Below are positions 1-8,731 of a stretch of 64,000 nt of DNA, piece after piece. The notes beneath the pieces are model-generated. The model was not told where the DNA came from, searched no databases, and worked only from the letters and a program-made list of their open reading frames with translations. The stretch lies in the IMG/VR virus record IMGVR_UViG_3300023179_000009, positions 372,001 through 436,000 of that record. One strand, 5' to 3'. The position numbers and the translations under genes are program-made. Numbering within the stretch: the stretch's first letter is position 1; the number at the start of each line of letters is the position of its first letter.

Positions 1-96
1 AAACAAAAAAGGAAAAGCTACCAAAAGATCTAAAAGATCTAAATGAGAATGGGAACAAGGGCAAATTCCCAAAAAGTGCAATAGATTTAAAAACAT

Positions 97-693
97 TTAT
101 GCCGCCGGATTTTGTATTTTTTCTTGGGAAAAAGTTTCTTTTAGATGGGATTCAATTTCTTTTAACCCTATCTTTTTAGATGCGTTTATTATCTCCAATC
201 GCATCTTATCTGATTGGTGTAAATTTTGCCAAACATCTCGTCTAATGGCCCAATTTTCAGAAACTACATCCTCTGAATAAGAGAAATCTTCTGTTTCTTT
301 GGGGATTGTGTATTTTTCCAAAAATAAACTGAGTGGGACTGCGTAAATCTTGTTTTTGTAAATAAAAACATCGATACCAGCGTCTACACAAGCGTAAGAA
401 TTTTTGTTTTGATTGGCACTGGATTTAATTAACTCTTCAATCATAAATTGTATTTGAATTTCTTTTTTGTTTTCTTTCAAAAAAGTTGTCAAATCTAATT
501 TTTTATTATTAATTCTTTCTTTTTGGTAGATTTTTATAGTCTCCATCGTTATGCTCTCATGAGATTGAGATTGCATAATACGATTTGCTATTGTGATTGC
601 TTGTTCGAAACAAAAAGATTTAAACGATGGCAAGAAAATTTTTTCAAAAGTGTCACAATTCATCCGGCAAGCTTTTGATAAGTAATTCATCAC
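97..693 (-). CDS. hypothetical phage protein
   Basis: 198-aa ORF with an AAGGGAG RBS at ~697-703 and a sigma70-like promoter upstream; no motif recognised. Confidence 0.7.
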   Translation of the reverse strand: MMNYLSKACRMNCDTFEKIFLPSFKSFCFEQAITIANRIMQSQSHESITMETIKIYQKERINNKKLDLTTFLKENKKEIQIQFMIEELIKSSANQNKNSYACVDAGIDVFIYKNKIYAVPLSLFLEKYTIPKETEDFSYSEDVVSENWAIRRDVWQNLHQSDKMRLEIINASKKIGLKEIESHLKETFSQEKIQNPAA

Positions 694-729
694 AGACTCC
701 CTTCTGGTGTTTAAAAAACTAACTAAAAA

Positions 730-757
730 ATTCTACAAAAAATTTTTTGCTTGTCTA
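730..757 (-). promoter_or_regulatory. putative sigma70-type early promoter
   Basis: minus strand TAGACA-16 nt-TAGAAT with an A-tract/T-tract spacer, upstream of 97..693. Confidence 0.45.
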
Positions 758-760
758 GTA

Positions 761-913
761 AAAAATCTTTGATCTCAGGTCGCTCGGCTAACAAATGCAC
801 CCCGGAATCCTCGGGACCGATTTGCACCATCTAAATAGTGGGTTAGGGAGTAAGCCTAATGCTTTTGTTCACGTTTTAGTGACGCACCGCCCTCAATGAA
901 TCAAAGAATTTTT
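761..913. ncRNA. candidate structured non-coding RNA or cis-element
   Basis: GC-rich intergenic island. The ends pair (TCTTTGAT near 766 with ATCAAAGA near 900) and enclose hairpins CAAAT..CCCG/CGGG..ATTTG, TTAGG/CCTAA and TCAC/GTGA. Confidence 0.45.
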
Positions 914-1232
914 AAACAATTTGTACTTGGTTGCCGTTTATCTTTACTTTTTTAATCTCTACTTCATCGCCATTTTTGTTTTTCATTTGGCTTTTGGATA
1001 TTTCATCCAAGAGCCAAATGTTTTTTTCTTCATTTTTTTCAAAAACTATTAAATAATCTTCAAATATTGCGGCATAAGAATTGCAGTAAGCAAGTTGTCT
1101 TCCTTTTTTGTGTTCTAAATCTACAAGATTTTGAAATCTGTTTTCTCCAATCAAGTAATCTGGTCCGTTTTTTTCAAAAAAAGAATCTATTTGATTGGCA
1201 ATCAAACCCACTGCTTCTTTTTTATCGTTCAT
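912..1232 (-). CDS. hypothetical protein
   Basis: 106-aa ORF with ATGA overlap to the upstream gene. Confidence 0.65.
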   Translation of the reverse strand: MNDKKEAVGLIANQIDSFFEKNGPDYLIGENRFQNLVDLEHKKGRQLAYCNSYAAIFEDYLIVFEKNEEKNIWLLDEISKSQMKNKNGDEVEIKKVKINGNQVQIV

Positions 1233-1441
1233 CTTTGCTTCGCCAAACTTTTAAAAATTTTATGCCAAAAATTTTCATCTTGAGCATTTCTTTGATTGCT
1301 CAGAAATAAATTCGATTTCTTCGAAGGAACGATTCCTAGCCCACGACATTTTGCACACTTTATGTTGGCACCGGATACGCTACTCCGATGCCAACCACAA
1401 CCCCTACAATTTTTGCAAACTCTGTCTTCGAAATCGTTCAT
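1229..1441 (-). CDS. small DnaJ-type zinc-finger protein
   Basis: two CxxCxGxG motifs (CKNCRGCG, CAKCRGLG); ATGA-coupled to HU. Confidence 0.65.
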   Translation of the reverse strand: MNDFEDRVCKNCRGCGWHRSSVSGANIKCAKCRGLGIVPSKKSNLFLSNQRNAQDENFWHKIFKSLAKQR

Positions 1442-1755
1442 AAAACGACTGCTGAGTCTTTTAGTTGCTTCACTGGTTTAATTTTTAATCGGACAGAGGC
1501 TGGTTTTGCCTTAACTGTGATTTCTTGCTTTGTTAAAGGAGAAATCATTTTTCTTTCTGGTCTTGCTGGTTTAATTACCTTGGTGATTTTGCAAACGCCC
1601 GGAACAGTGACTGTTCCGTTTGAATTTACTTGCTCTACAACCAAATTTTGCAAAGCCTCTAGAGCTAATTTTGATTGTTGTAGAGTAAGACCAGCAAGAT
1701 CTGCAACTTTTTGTCTTATTTGACTGGCTGTCATGTTTTTGTTTTTTTGCGTCAT
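1438..1755 (-). CDS. hup: HU/IHF-family DNA-binding protein
   Basis: HU signature: N-terminal helices, VTVPGVCKI, arm RKMISPLTKQEITVKAK, KIKPVKQLKD. The start was placed at MTQKNK behind a GGAG RBS rather than at the ORF-track start 1803. Confidence 0.85.
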   Translation of the reverse strand: MTQKNKNMTASQIRQKVADLAGLTLQQSKLALEALQNLVVEQVNSNGTVTVPGVCKITKVIKPARPERKMISPLTKQEITVKAKPASVRLKIKPVKQLKDSAVVL

Positions 1756-1805
1756 TTTTAAATTCTCCAAAAATTTTGGTTTCAAAAATTGAAACTTGTT
1801 CAACC

Positions 1806-1834
1806 ATCTTACAACATTAAGAAATAAAAGTCCA
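1806..1834 (-). promoter_or_regulatory. putative sigma70-type promoter of the HU operon
   Basis: minus strand TGGACT-17 nt-TAAGAT. Confidence 0.5.
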
Positions 1835-1869
1835 TAGTGTTTTTAAGAATTTTTTGACGAACAAGCATC

Positions 1870-1898
1870 TAGACGAAAAAAATTTTTTTTGTTAAGAT
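1870..1898 (+). promoter_or_regulatory. putative sigma70-type promoter, divergent from the HU promoter
   Basis: TAGACG-17 nt-TAAGAT with an extended -10 TGn and an A7T8 spacer. Confidence 0.5.
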
Positions 1899-1928
1899 TA
1901 AATAACAACTCTTAATTTAAGGAAAAAA

Positions 1929-2201
1929 ATGAAAAGAAAAGTTTGGGTTATAGAAGAAATCGAAGTTGATGGCCAAATCAACCACAGGCAAACAGAGATA
2001 TCTTATGATCTCAAAGAAGACGAATCTTGGTCTTGGAACACCCCCGACAGTTTAAATGATGATCAAAAAAATGAATGGAACAGAGTTTTAAATTTACTCA
2101 AAAATGTTAATGGGGAAGATTTGAGACACGTTGTGTGTGCGGCTGGGTTGATGACTCATTGTTATAGTGAAAATAAAACATCCGATTATTCTAATGATTA
2201 A
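1929..2201 (+). CDS. hypothetical protein
   Basis: 90-aa ORF with an AAGGA RBS. Confidence 0.65.
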   Translation: MKRKVWVIEEIEVDGQINHRQTEISYDLKEDESWSWNTPDSLNDDQKNEWNRVLNLLKNVNGEDLRHVVCAAGLMTHCYSENKTSDYSND

Positions 2202-2207
2202 ATAAAA

Positions 2208-3266
2208 ATGATAAAAAGAGTTTTACTAACTGGTCACGGAGGATTTGTTGGCCATCATTGTCTAGAATATTTTCTTGAAAAAACTGATTGGGAGATTGTT
2301 TGTATTGATAGTTTTCGACACAAAGGAACCTGTCGAAGGGTTGTAGAGATATCGAACGACAATCCTAGAGTAAAAACTTACAAACATGATCTTTCAGTTC
2401 CTATAGATGCTCAATTAGAAAATTTAATTTTAGAGCGTAAAGCAATTTCCTATGGGGTAGAACACAAGCCAATCCATATTATTATAAACATGGCTTCTGA
2501 GAGTGCGGTTGAACGATCCACCCAAGATCCTGTCGCTTGTTTAAAAAATAATTATGATATTGCTATTAATATGCTTGAGTTTGCAAGAAAATGTAGTCAC
2601 TTAGAACAATTTATTCAAATTAGCACTGATGAGGTTTACGGCGAGGTTGCTCCAAACAAATCACACAAAGAGTGGGATCCGATCTTGCCATCAAATCCCT
2701 ATGCCTCTTCAAAAGCAGCACAAGAGTCTTTGGCAATCGGATATTGGAGAACTTATAATTTACCAATTGTGATTACCAACATTATGAATATTATTGGGGA
2801 AAGACAAGATCAAGAAAAGTTTTTGCCAAAAATAATTCGTAAAATTCTTTTACAAGAAGAAATGCCAATTTATGCAGATTCGGAGAGCGATATAGGTTCT
2901 AGAGTTTATTTATATGCGAAAAACGTAGCTGATGCTTTGATTTTTTTATCAAACAAAAAACCAGCCACGTATCAAAGTCTTTTAACAGAGAGGCAAAGTT
3001 ATGATATAAGACCTGATCGTTATAACATATGCGGTGATGTTGAAATAAATAATTTGGATATGGCAAAACTTGTTGCAAAGATTATGAAAAAAGAATTAAA
3101 ATACAAACTAATAAAAAGCGAGTCCGCTCGTCCAGGATATGATAGAAGATACATGTTGGACGGTTCTAAAATTAAACAATTAGGATGGATTGCTCCTTTT
3201 GGTTTTGAAGAATCTTTAGAAAAAATAATAAATTGGACTTTAAAAAATATTCATTGGGGAGTTTGA
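2208..3266 (+). CDS. rmlB: dTDP-glucose 4,6-dehydratase (extended SDR)
   Basis: TGHGGFVG NAD-binding motif, ASESAV, ISTDEVYG, YASSK catalytic motif, RPGYDRRY. Confidence 0.88.
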   Translation: MIKRVLLTGHGGFVGHHCLEYFLEKTDWEIVCIDSFRHKGTCRRVVEISNDNPRVKTYKHDLSVPIDAQLENLILERKAISYGVEHKPIHIIINMASESAVERSTQDPVACLKNNYDIAINMLEFARKCSHLEQFIQISTDEVYGEVAPNKSHKEWDPILPSNPYASSKAAQESLAIGYWRTYNLPIVITNIMNIIGERQDQEKFLPKIIRKILLQEEMPIYADSESDIGSRVYLYAKNVADALIFLSNKKPATYQSLLTERQSYDIRPDRYNICGDVEINNLDMAKLVAKIMKKELKYKLIKSESARPGYDRRYMLDGSKIKQLGWIAPFGFEESLEKIINWTLKNIHWGV

Positions 3267-4031
3267 GTGGATGTCTTTTTATACATTAGAAGGACCGAGG
3301 ACTGGTGTAACGTAACTTCAGATTTTTTAAAGAGTAACTTTTTTAAAGATTTTGGTAAAGGATATAATTGGAAAGAAGATATATTTGATAGAATACTTTG
3401 GTGGGATGAGTTATTTAATTTATCTTATACTGGCTACAGGTGTGGTGTAAAAGAAATTGCAAAATCTCAACATTATTTAAAGACTATTTCTTGGAAAAAT
3501 TTTTATAATTTAAGTAATGACGATATAGTTATTCCCGTTGATGATGATGATTGGTTTCACCCTAATTTAGCAAATCTTATATTGGATAAGTATGCGGATT
3601 GCGACGTAGGTTTTTGGGATCCTTTAGTTTTTTGTTCAACTTTTACATTTAAATTAAATGATTGGAATGTAAAAAAGAAAAAATATTTTGCTTCTAATGG
3701 CTATTTTATAAAGTCTTCTTTATTGTATGAAAAAGGATATGACTTTTTTTTAAGTTTGTTACTTAATCATTGCGGGGCTTTAGAAACTTCTTTAAAAAAT
3801 AATTTGAAAATCAAAGAAATAAAAAATAAGTATTTATCGATTTATAATTCTCACCCCGGTTCTTTAACATCCCTGAATAGTATAAATAAAAAAATAGAGC
3901 TTTTACATTATTTTCCAAAAAACAATATTATAAGTTATAGAAAAGATCAACTATGGTGCAAACACAGTGTTGAAAAACTTATTGATCTTATAAAAAGTTT
4001 GGAACTAAAAAGTCCTTTGAAATTATTATGA
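3267..4031 (+). CDS. putative GT-A-type glycosyltransferase (paralog 1)
   Basis: IVIPVDDDDWFHP DxD-like motif; directly downstream of rmlB; paralogous to the next ORF. Confidence 0.55.
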   Translation: MDVFLYIRRTEDWCNVTSDFLKSNFFKDFGKGYNWKEDIFDRILWWDELFNLSYTGYRCGVKEIAKSQHYLKTISWKNFYNLSNDDIVIPVDDDDWFHPNLANLILDKYADCDVGFWDPLVFCSTFTFKLNDWNVKKKKYFASNGYFIKSSLLYEKGYDFFLSLLLNHCGALETSLKNNLKIKEIKNKYLSIYNSHPGSLTSLNSINKKIELLHYFPKNNIISYRKDQLWCKHSVEKLIDLIKSLELKSPLKLL

Positions 4032-4828
4032 AAGTTTATTTTTATTTAAGACGAACCGAGGATTGGGCAAACGCAACAAATGAAGATCTTTTGAGATCTA
4101 ATGGTTTTTGCGAAAATTGGATAAAGTTAAATCTACAAGAATCTTTGGCTTATTCCTCGCAGTCAGAAATTTGGAAAATGCCTCCGTTTTGGTGGAATAA
4201 AATCTGCTCTATTTCTTGGCAAGAATATCGACACAGGGTGAAGACGGTGGCCACAAGTTTTTGGAATACGGAACAGGTCACCGGAGATAATTTTCTTGAT
4301 CTTGATGATGAAGATATAGTGATTCCCGTTGATGATGATGATTGGTTTCATCCCGACTTGGTAAATTTTTTAGCAAAACACGGTTCGGATTATGATTATG
4401 GTTGTTGGGATGTAGTTGTAAACAATACGGCTTTTAATTTTAATTTTGAATTATGGACTAAATACCACAAGAACATTTGTTCTAATGGATATTTTTTTAA
4501 AGCAAATGTTTTAAAAAAGATAGATTACAAAAAAGCAATGAATATTTTGCACAACCATAGCAAAACTTTAGAGATAGCCAAGTATATGGGTTTAAAAATT
4601 ATGGATAGAAGAGATCAAGTTTTTGCTTTGTATAACTGGCATCCGGGATCAATTAGCGCTATGTTTCAAATAAAGTCTATTCGTGATTTTAAAATGTTGT
4701 TTCCGAAAGGAAAAATGAAAACAATTCCTAATTATTGTACATGGATAAAAGATGGTGTAGAAAAAATTGAAGCAATAATTAAGGATATAACCTTTAATAA
4801 AATACCATGCGAGATCACAGTTTTTTAG
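4028..4828 (+). CDS. putative GT-A-type glycosyltransferase (paralog 2)
   Basis: shares Y[IL]RRTEDW, IVIPVDDDDWFHP, SNGYF and HPGS blocks with 3267..4031. Confidence 0.55.
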   Translation: MKVYFYLRRTEDWANATNEDLLRSNGFCENWIKLNLQESLAYSSQSEIWKMPPFWWNKICSISWQEYRHRVKTVATSFWNTEQVTGDNFLDLDDEDIVIPVDDDDWFHPDLVNFLAKHGSDYDYGCWDVVVNNTAFNFNFELWTKYHKNICSNGYFFKANVLKKIDYKKAMNILHNHSKTLEIAKYMGLKIMDRRDQVFALYNWHPGSISAMFQIKSIRDFKMLFPKGKMKTIPNYCTWIKDGVEKIEAIIKDITFNKIPCEITVF

Positions 4829-4835
4829 GAGTAGT

Positions 4836-5918
4836 ATGAAAAATAAAATTTTGATATTTTTTTCTTTTGTTTTATTATCTCTTCAATTATTTTTATATTT
4901 TGTTGAGATCAAGAACCCCGCTCCAAAGCCAGATGTAAAACCAATTCCTCAAGAACAAAAGTCTCTTCCTCAAATAGAAACAAACATTTCTAACCCATTC
5001 CCAGGATACCTGGATTATGACAAAATAGTTTTATTGTTAAAAGAATGGAATTCACAATCCGAAGACATCACAGAGTTTGGGGTTTATGGAAAAAGCACTA
5101 AAAATCAAGATTTAGTATATTTGAGATTGAGAAATAAAAGAATCAGTCAATCAGCGCAGTTGCCGGTGCTTGTTACAGCATGTATTCACGGAAATGAACC
5201 ATTATCAACTGCAACTATGATGTGGTATTTTGGAAATATTTTAAAAAATTATAAAAATAATTATGAAAAATTATTAGAAACAAGAGATATTTATTTTGTT
5301 CCTGTGGTGTCTCCTGATAGTTATCCTCATAGCCGATATGTCGATGGGGTTGATCCCAATAGAAATTTCCCCGGATTAAACAACTCTGATAAGCAATCTG
5401 TTAAGCCAATTGCCTCCATTCAAGACTTGTTTTTAAAAATTAAACCAAGAGCAGTACTGTCAGGGCATACTTGGGGTAGGGTTTTTTTAATACCTTACGG
5501 CGATCAAATGCAAAAATGTCCTGATCATGATCAATTTATGGGTATAGTATCGGAGATGGGTAGGTTGTCAAACTATAGATACATAAGAGCTTGTGATTTG
5601 TATATGGCAAGTGGGCGATTAAACAATCCCCCCATAAGAACTTATGGAGAACCTAAAGGAGAATACAAAACTTTAATGCCAATTTATGGAACAGAGGTGG
5701 ATTGGTACTATCGCAATGATTCTTTTGCTGTCGTGATGGAATTTGGCACACATCAAAGAAAACCAACCTTAGAAGAAATAAAATTTGAATACAATAGAAC
5801 TAATGATGCTTTTTTGTATTTTTTAGAAAAAGCACCCACAACTAAACTTGATCCTAGTCGTCTACCAGTTCAAGCCTTGAAACCAAAAAATATCGATGAA
5901 ACATTTAGAGACGAATAA
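4836..5918 (+). CDS. M14 zinc carboxypeptidase with N-terminal membrane anchor or signal
   Basis: IHGNE (HxxE), DPNRNFP, SGHTWG third ligand, VMEFG catalytic Glu; basic then hydrophobic N-terminus. Confidence 0.88.
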   Translation: MKNKILIFFSFVLLSLQLFLYFVEIKNPAPKPDVKPIPQEQKSLPQIETNISNPFPGYLDYDKIVLLLKEWNSQSEDITEFGVYGKSTKNQDLVYLRLRNKRISQSAQLPVLVTACIHGNEPLSTATMMWYFGNILKNYKNNYEKLLETRDIYFVPVVSPDSYPHSRYVDGVDPNRNFPGLNNSDKQSVKPIASIQDLFLKIKPRAVLSGHTWGRVFLIPYGDQMQKCPDHDQFMGIVSEMGRLSNYRYIRACDLYMASGRLNNPPIRTYGEPKGEYKTLMPIYGTEVDWYYRNDSFAVVMEFGTHQRKPTLEEIKFEYNRTNDAFLYFLEKAPTTKLDPSRLPVQALKPKNIDETFRDE

Positions 5919-6769
5919 TGCAATTTTCTTTTAAAAAACCTTTTTTAAAAGTTATAATAACAGATTTGAAAGAAAGTGGTTTGTATTTTCAAAAAAGAAT
6001 TGATTTTCTTTTAAGTGTTTTAAAAGAAAAATATTTTATAAAAATACAGCATTCGAGCGAATATCAAGGCGTTCATTTGGCCCAATGTATTGTTTTTGAA
6101 CACGAAAGCAAGCGTTTTAAAGCAATAGATCTAAGTGACCCAGATGATGGAGATTATGCTGGTTTTTTTGAAATTATCAAAAATGAAAATTGTCAATTTG
6201 TTTTAAAGTCTCAATATAATCCAGATTTAAATATTCCAAAATTAAAACCTTTTTTTTATTTTGAAAAAAGCGATCCCGAGTTATTCAGTAGTAGATTATC
6301 TTTTTTAAGATCTATAAAAAAAAATAATAATCAACTTTATTGGCGTGGATCGTTGCGTGAAAACCGTAAGAATATAATATTCTCCATTAAAGATTTATTA
6401 AACACTAGTTTTCAAAAATCAATACATTCAAAACTTTATTTCGAAGAACTTGCCTCGCACAAAATCGCTCTATCTTTACCGGGAGGCGGCAATAGTTGCC
6501 ACAGGGAATTTGAGTGTTTTGGAATAGGAACGGTTGTGTTGAGTCCAAAATTTAAAAACATTTATCACATACCATTAATTCCCGATTATCATTATTTAAG
6601 TGTGGAAGGTGATGAAGAAAAAGATATAATAAAAAATATAAAATACCGATTTGAAAATTTAAAAGATGACGAAATTAATTTTATCAGAAAGAACGCTATG
6701 GAGTACTACGACAATTATATTGAATACAAAAAAAACGTTTATTGGATGAGGCACTGTCTGGAGTTGTAA
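5918..6769 (+). CDS. putative glycosyltransferase (GT-B, GT90/exostosin-like C-terminus)
   Basis: LYWRGS...R, YFEELASHKIALSLPGGG..CHREFECFGIG, LIPDYHY, IRKNAMEYY. Confidence 0.65.
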   Translation: MQFSFKKPFLKVIITDLKESGLYFQKRIDFLLSVLKEKYFIKIQHSSEYQGVHLAQCIVFEHESKRFKAIDLSDPDDGDYAGFFEIIKNENCQFVLKSQYNPDLNIPKLKPFFYFEKSDPELFSSRLSFLRSIKKNNNQLYWRGSLRENRKNIIFSIKDLLNTSFQKSIHSKLYFEELASHKIALSLPGGGNSCHREFECFGIGTVVLSPKFKNIYHIPLIPDYHYLSVEGDEEKDIIKNIKYRFENLKDDEINFIRKNAMEYYDNYIEYKKNVYWMRHCLEL

Positions 6770-6771
6770 AT

Positions 6772-8262
6772 TTACTTTTTTGACATAAAGCGAATTTGAT
6801 TTTGAAATGAATCAAGTTCTAATTGCTTTTTTCTTTCATCTGCTAGTGTTGAATCGACGTTATTTGTAAATGGATCATAAATGTCTAAGAAATCATCGGA
6901 AACTTCACTTTCTCCATCTTTATAAACAAATATTTTTATTCTTGGTTGTCTTGTGTAATTTAAAAAAGCATCCACCAGATCTGGCTCTACTTTACCTATT
7001 TTTACGACAAAATCTTTTAGTTTTCTTGGAGGTAATCCGGCTGTCACGAATCCGTTTGTTAAACTTGACAACTCATCTGCCTCAATTGAGCCACTTAAGC
7101 CCAAAGACTTAATCAAAAAGACTATCTTGTTAAGGTCTTTTTGATCTATTTCTAAATCCATCAATGATTTTGGATCGTTCATTCTCAAAAGATAAGCCAA
7201 AGCCATTTGCTTGTCGCCTAACTCGGATATTTCTTTGGGAAAATTTGCATCGAGTATTTTGTTCGGAAAAACATGGTTTAAAATTCCCAAGTCATTACAT
7301 GTGGAAAGATATTTTCTTGAGTCAACTTCTTCTTTGTCCATTCCTTTTTTAAATTCATCCATCATGTATTTTCTATCCAACCCTCTCAATTTTTCACTTA
7401 ATTTTTTAACTTTTTGTTTCTCTTCATCAGAGACCTTGGAGGCATCGCCATACAAAGTTAGCATCCTAGCGTATCTCAGTATCCTTGAAGGATCTTCTTC
7501 TAATTTTTTCTCTATGTCTCCAATAGAATTTATTTTTCCGGCTGCTAAGTGATGCATGCCGCCAAAAAAATCATACAAATCTTTATTGGGTCCATTGTCA
7601 TTATTCAAAAGAACATACATTCCGTTTATTGTAAAATCTCTCCCTGCTGCATCATCTTTTTGAGTGCCCAACTCAGGGTCTTTGTCGATGAGACCCTTGG
7701 GGGTTTTTGTGAAAACTTCTAAGGTGTATTCATCGTCATTTACTTTAATACCAAAGACAAAAGGACGACCATTCTTATTCTCCCTCTGTACCCAAAAGTA
7801 TTGGTTGTTTCCCTTTTTAATATTTGGGCTATCTTTTAAAGTTTTTAAATCTCCCAATTTATTAAAAAAACTAAAACCATTTTGTTTAAGTAGGTGGTAA
7901 ACCTCGTCAGGCGAAGCACTTGTTGCTAACTCTACATTTCTAGGTTTTTTATTAAGTAGATGATCACGCACAGATCCGCCGGTTAAAAATAATTTTTTAC
8001 TAGTTATCTTAACAGGTTTTTCTCCACCTGTGTTTTCGTCTCTAGACCAACCCCAATTTGCACCTTGCTTAAAAGCTCTAACGATGGGTGCTAAATTTTT
8101 GTTTTTACCATAGTTCTCTGACTTTGGATCGTCCGATATTACAAAAGGAGAAAATTCATTTCCATCTCCTAAAGAAACCTTTGACCCAACGGGTTTTGAA
8201 GACTCTATATTTTCTTGTTGTGATTCTTTTAAAATTTTAAATTCAACAAAAGATTTTTTCAT
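6772..8262 (-). CDS. CCA-adding/poly(A) polymerase class II nucleotidyltransferase homologue with altered catalytic site
   Basis: LTGGSVRD, DAAGRDFTINGM, DFFGG and EEDPSRILR motifs are present; the usual DxD position reads N-V-E. Confidence 0.85.
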   Translation of the reverse strand: MKKSFVEFKILKESQQENIESSKPVGSKVSLGDGNEFSPFVISDDPKSENYGKNKNLAPIVRAFKQGANWGWSRDENTGGEKPVKITSKKLFLTGGSVRDHLLNKKPRNVELATSASPDEVYHLLKQNGFSFFNKLGDLKTLKDSPNIKKGNNQYFWVQRENKNGRPFVFGIKVNDDEYTLEVFTKTPKGLIDKDPELGTQKDDAAGRDFTINGMYVLLNNDNGPNKDLYDFFGGMHHLAAGKINSIGDIEKKLEEDPSRILRYARMLTLYGDASKVSDEEKQKVKKLSEKLRGLDRKYMMDEFKKGMDKEEVDSRKYLSTCNDLGILNHVFPNKILDANFPKEISELGDKQMALAYLLRMNDPKSLMDLEIDQKDLNKIVFLIKSLGLSGSIEADELSSLTNGFVTAGLPPRKLKDFVVKIGKVEPDLVDAFLNYTRQPRIKIFVYKDGESEVSDDFLDIYDPFTNNVDSTLADERKKQLELDSFQNQIRFMSKK

Positions 8263-8310
8263 TATTATGACCTATTTTTTACTAGATTATTTAGTGTATT
8301 TTTAGAATAT

Positions 8311-8691
8311 TTACAGCGGGGGTGCAAGATTTAATTTTGTCAATACATAAGCCGCCAAAATAACCCAAACTATTTGAATTAAAAAATTTGCAATATTTTT
8401 CCAATTTTCATTATGGACTCCTTGGTTCGCTTCGACTTTAGAAATTTGAGACTCTAATTCTTTTATTTTTTTTTCTAATAGATCATTTTGTTGAATGAAT
8501 GTTTCTAAATTATATATTTTATTAAAAATCTCAACAATCTTATGATTATGGTAATCTATTTTTTCTTCTAGCTTTTTTTGTTTATCATTGATTATTTTTT
8601 CACGTTCATCTATTCTGTTGGTTAAGTCAAAAAGTTTTTGAACACTTTCGCTTAATTGCGATATTAATTGGAAACTTGTATCTTCTGCCAT
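8311..8691 (-). CDS. coiled-coil protein with C-terminal transmembrane helix (holin/XhlA-like architecture)
   Basis: heptad-rich body followed by IANFLIQIVWVILAAYVL. Confidence 0.55.
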   Translation of the reverse strand: MAEDTSFQLISQLSESVQKLFDLTNRIDEREKIINDKQKKLEEKIDYHNHKIVEIFNKIYNLETFIQQNDLLEKKIKELESQISKVEANQGVHNENWKNIANFLIQIVWVILAAYVLTKLNLAPPL

Positions 8692-8731
8692 TTGGTTCTC
8701 ATAATAAAAAAACTACTATATATATATTAAT

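Noticed and set aside
1-96. 3' end of an upstream gene
   Set aside because: Too short to assign a frame or product
761-913. tRNA, pistol, twister or HDV ribozyme, or c-di-GMP riboswitch
   Set aside because: Only isolated sub-motifs match (TAAATAG, GGTCCC, TCCTCG); their order and required pairings do not fit, and there is no TTC-loop cloverleaf
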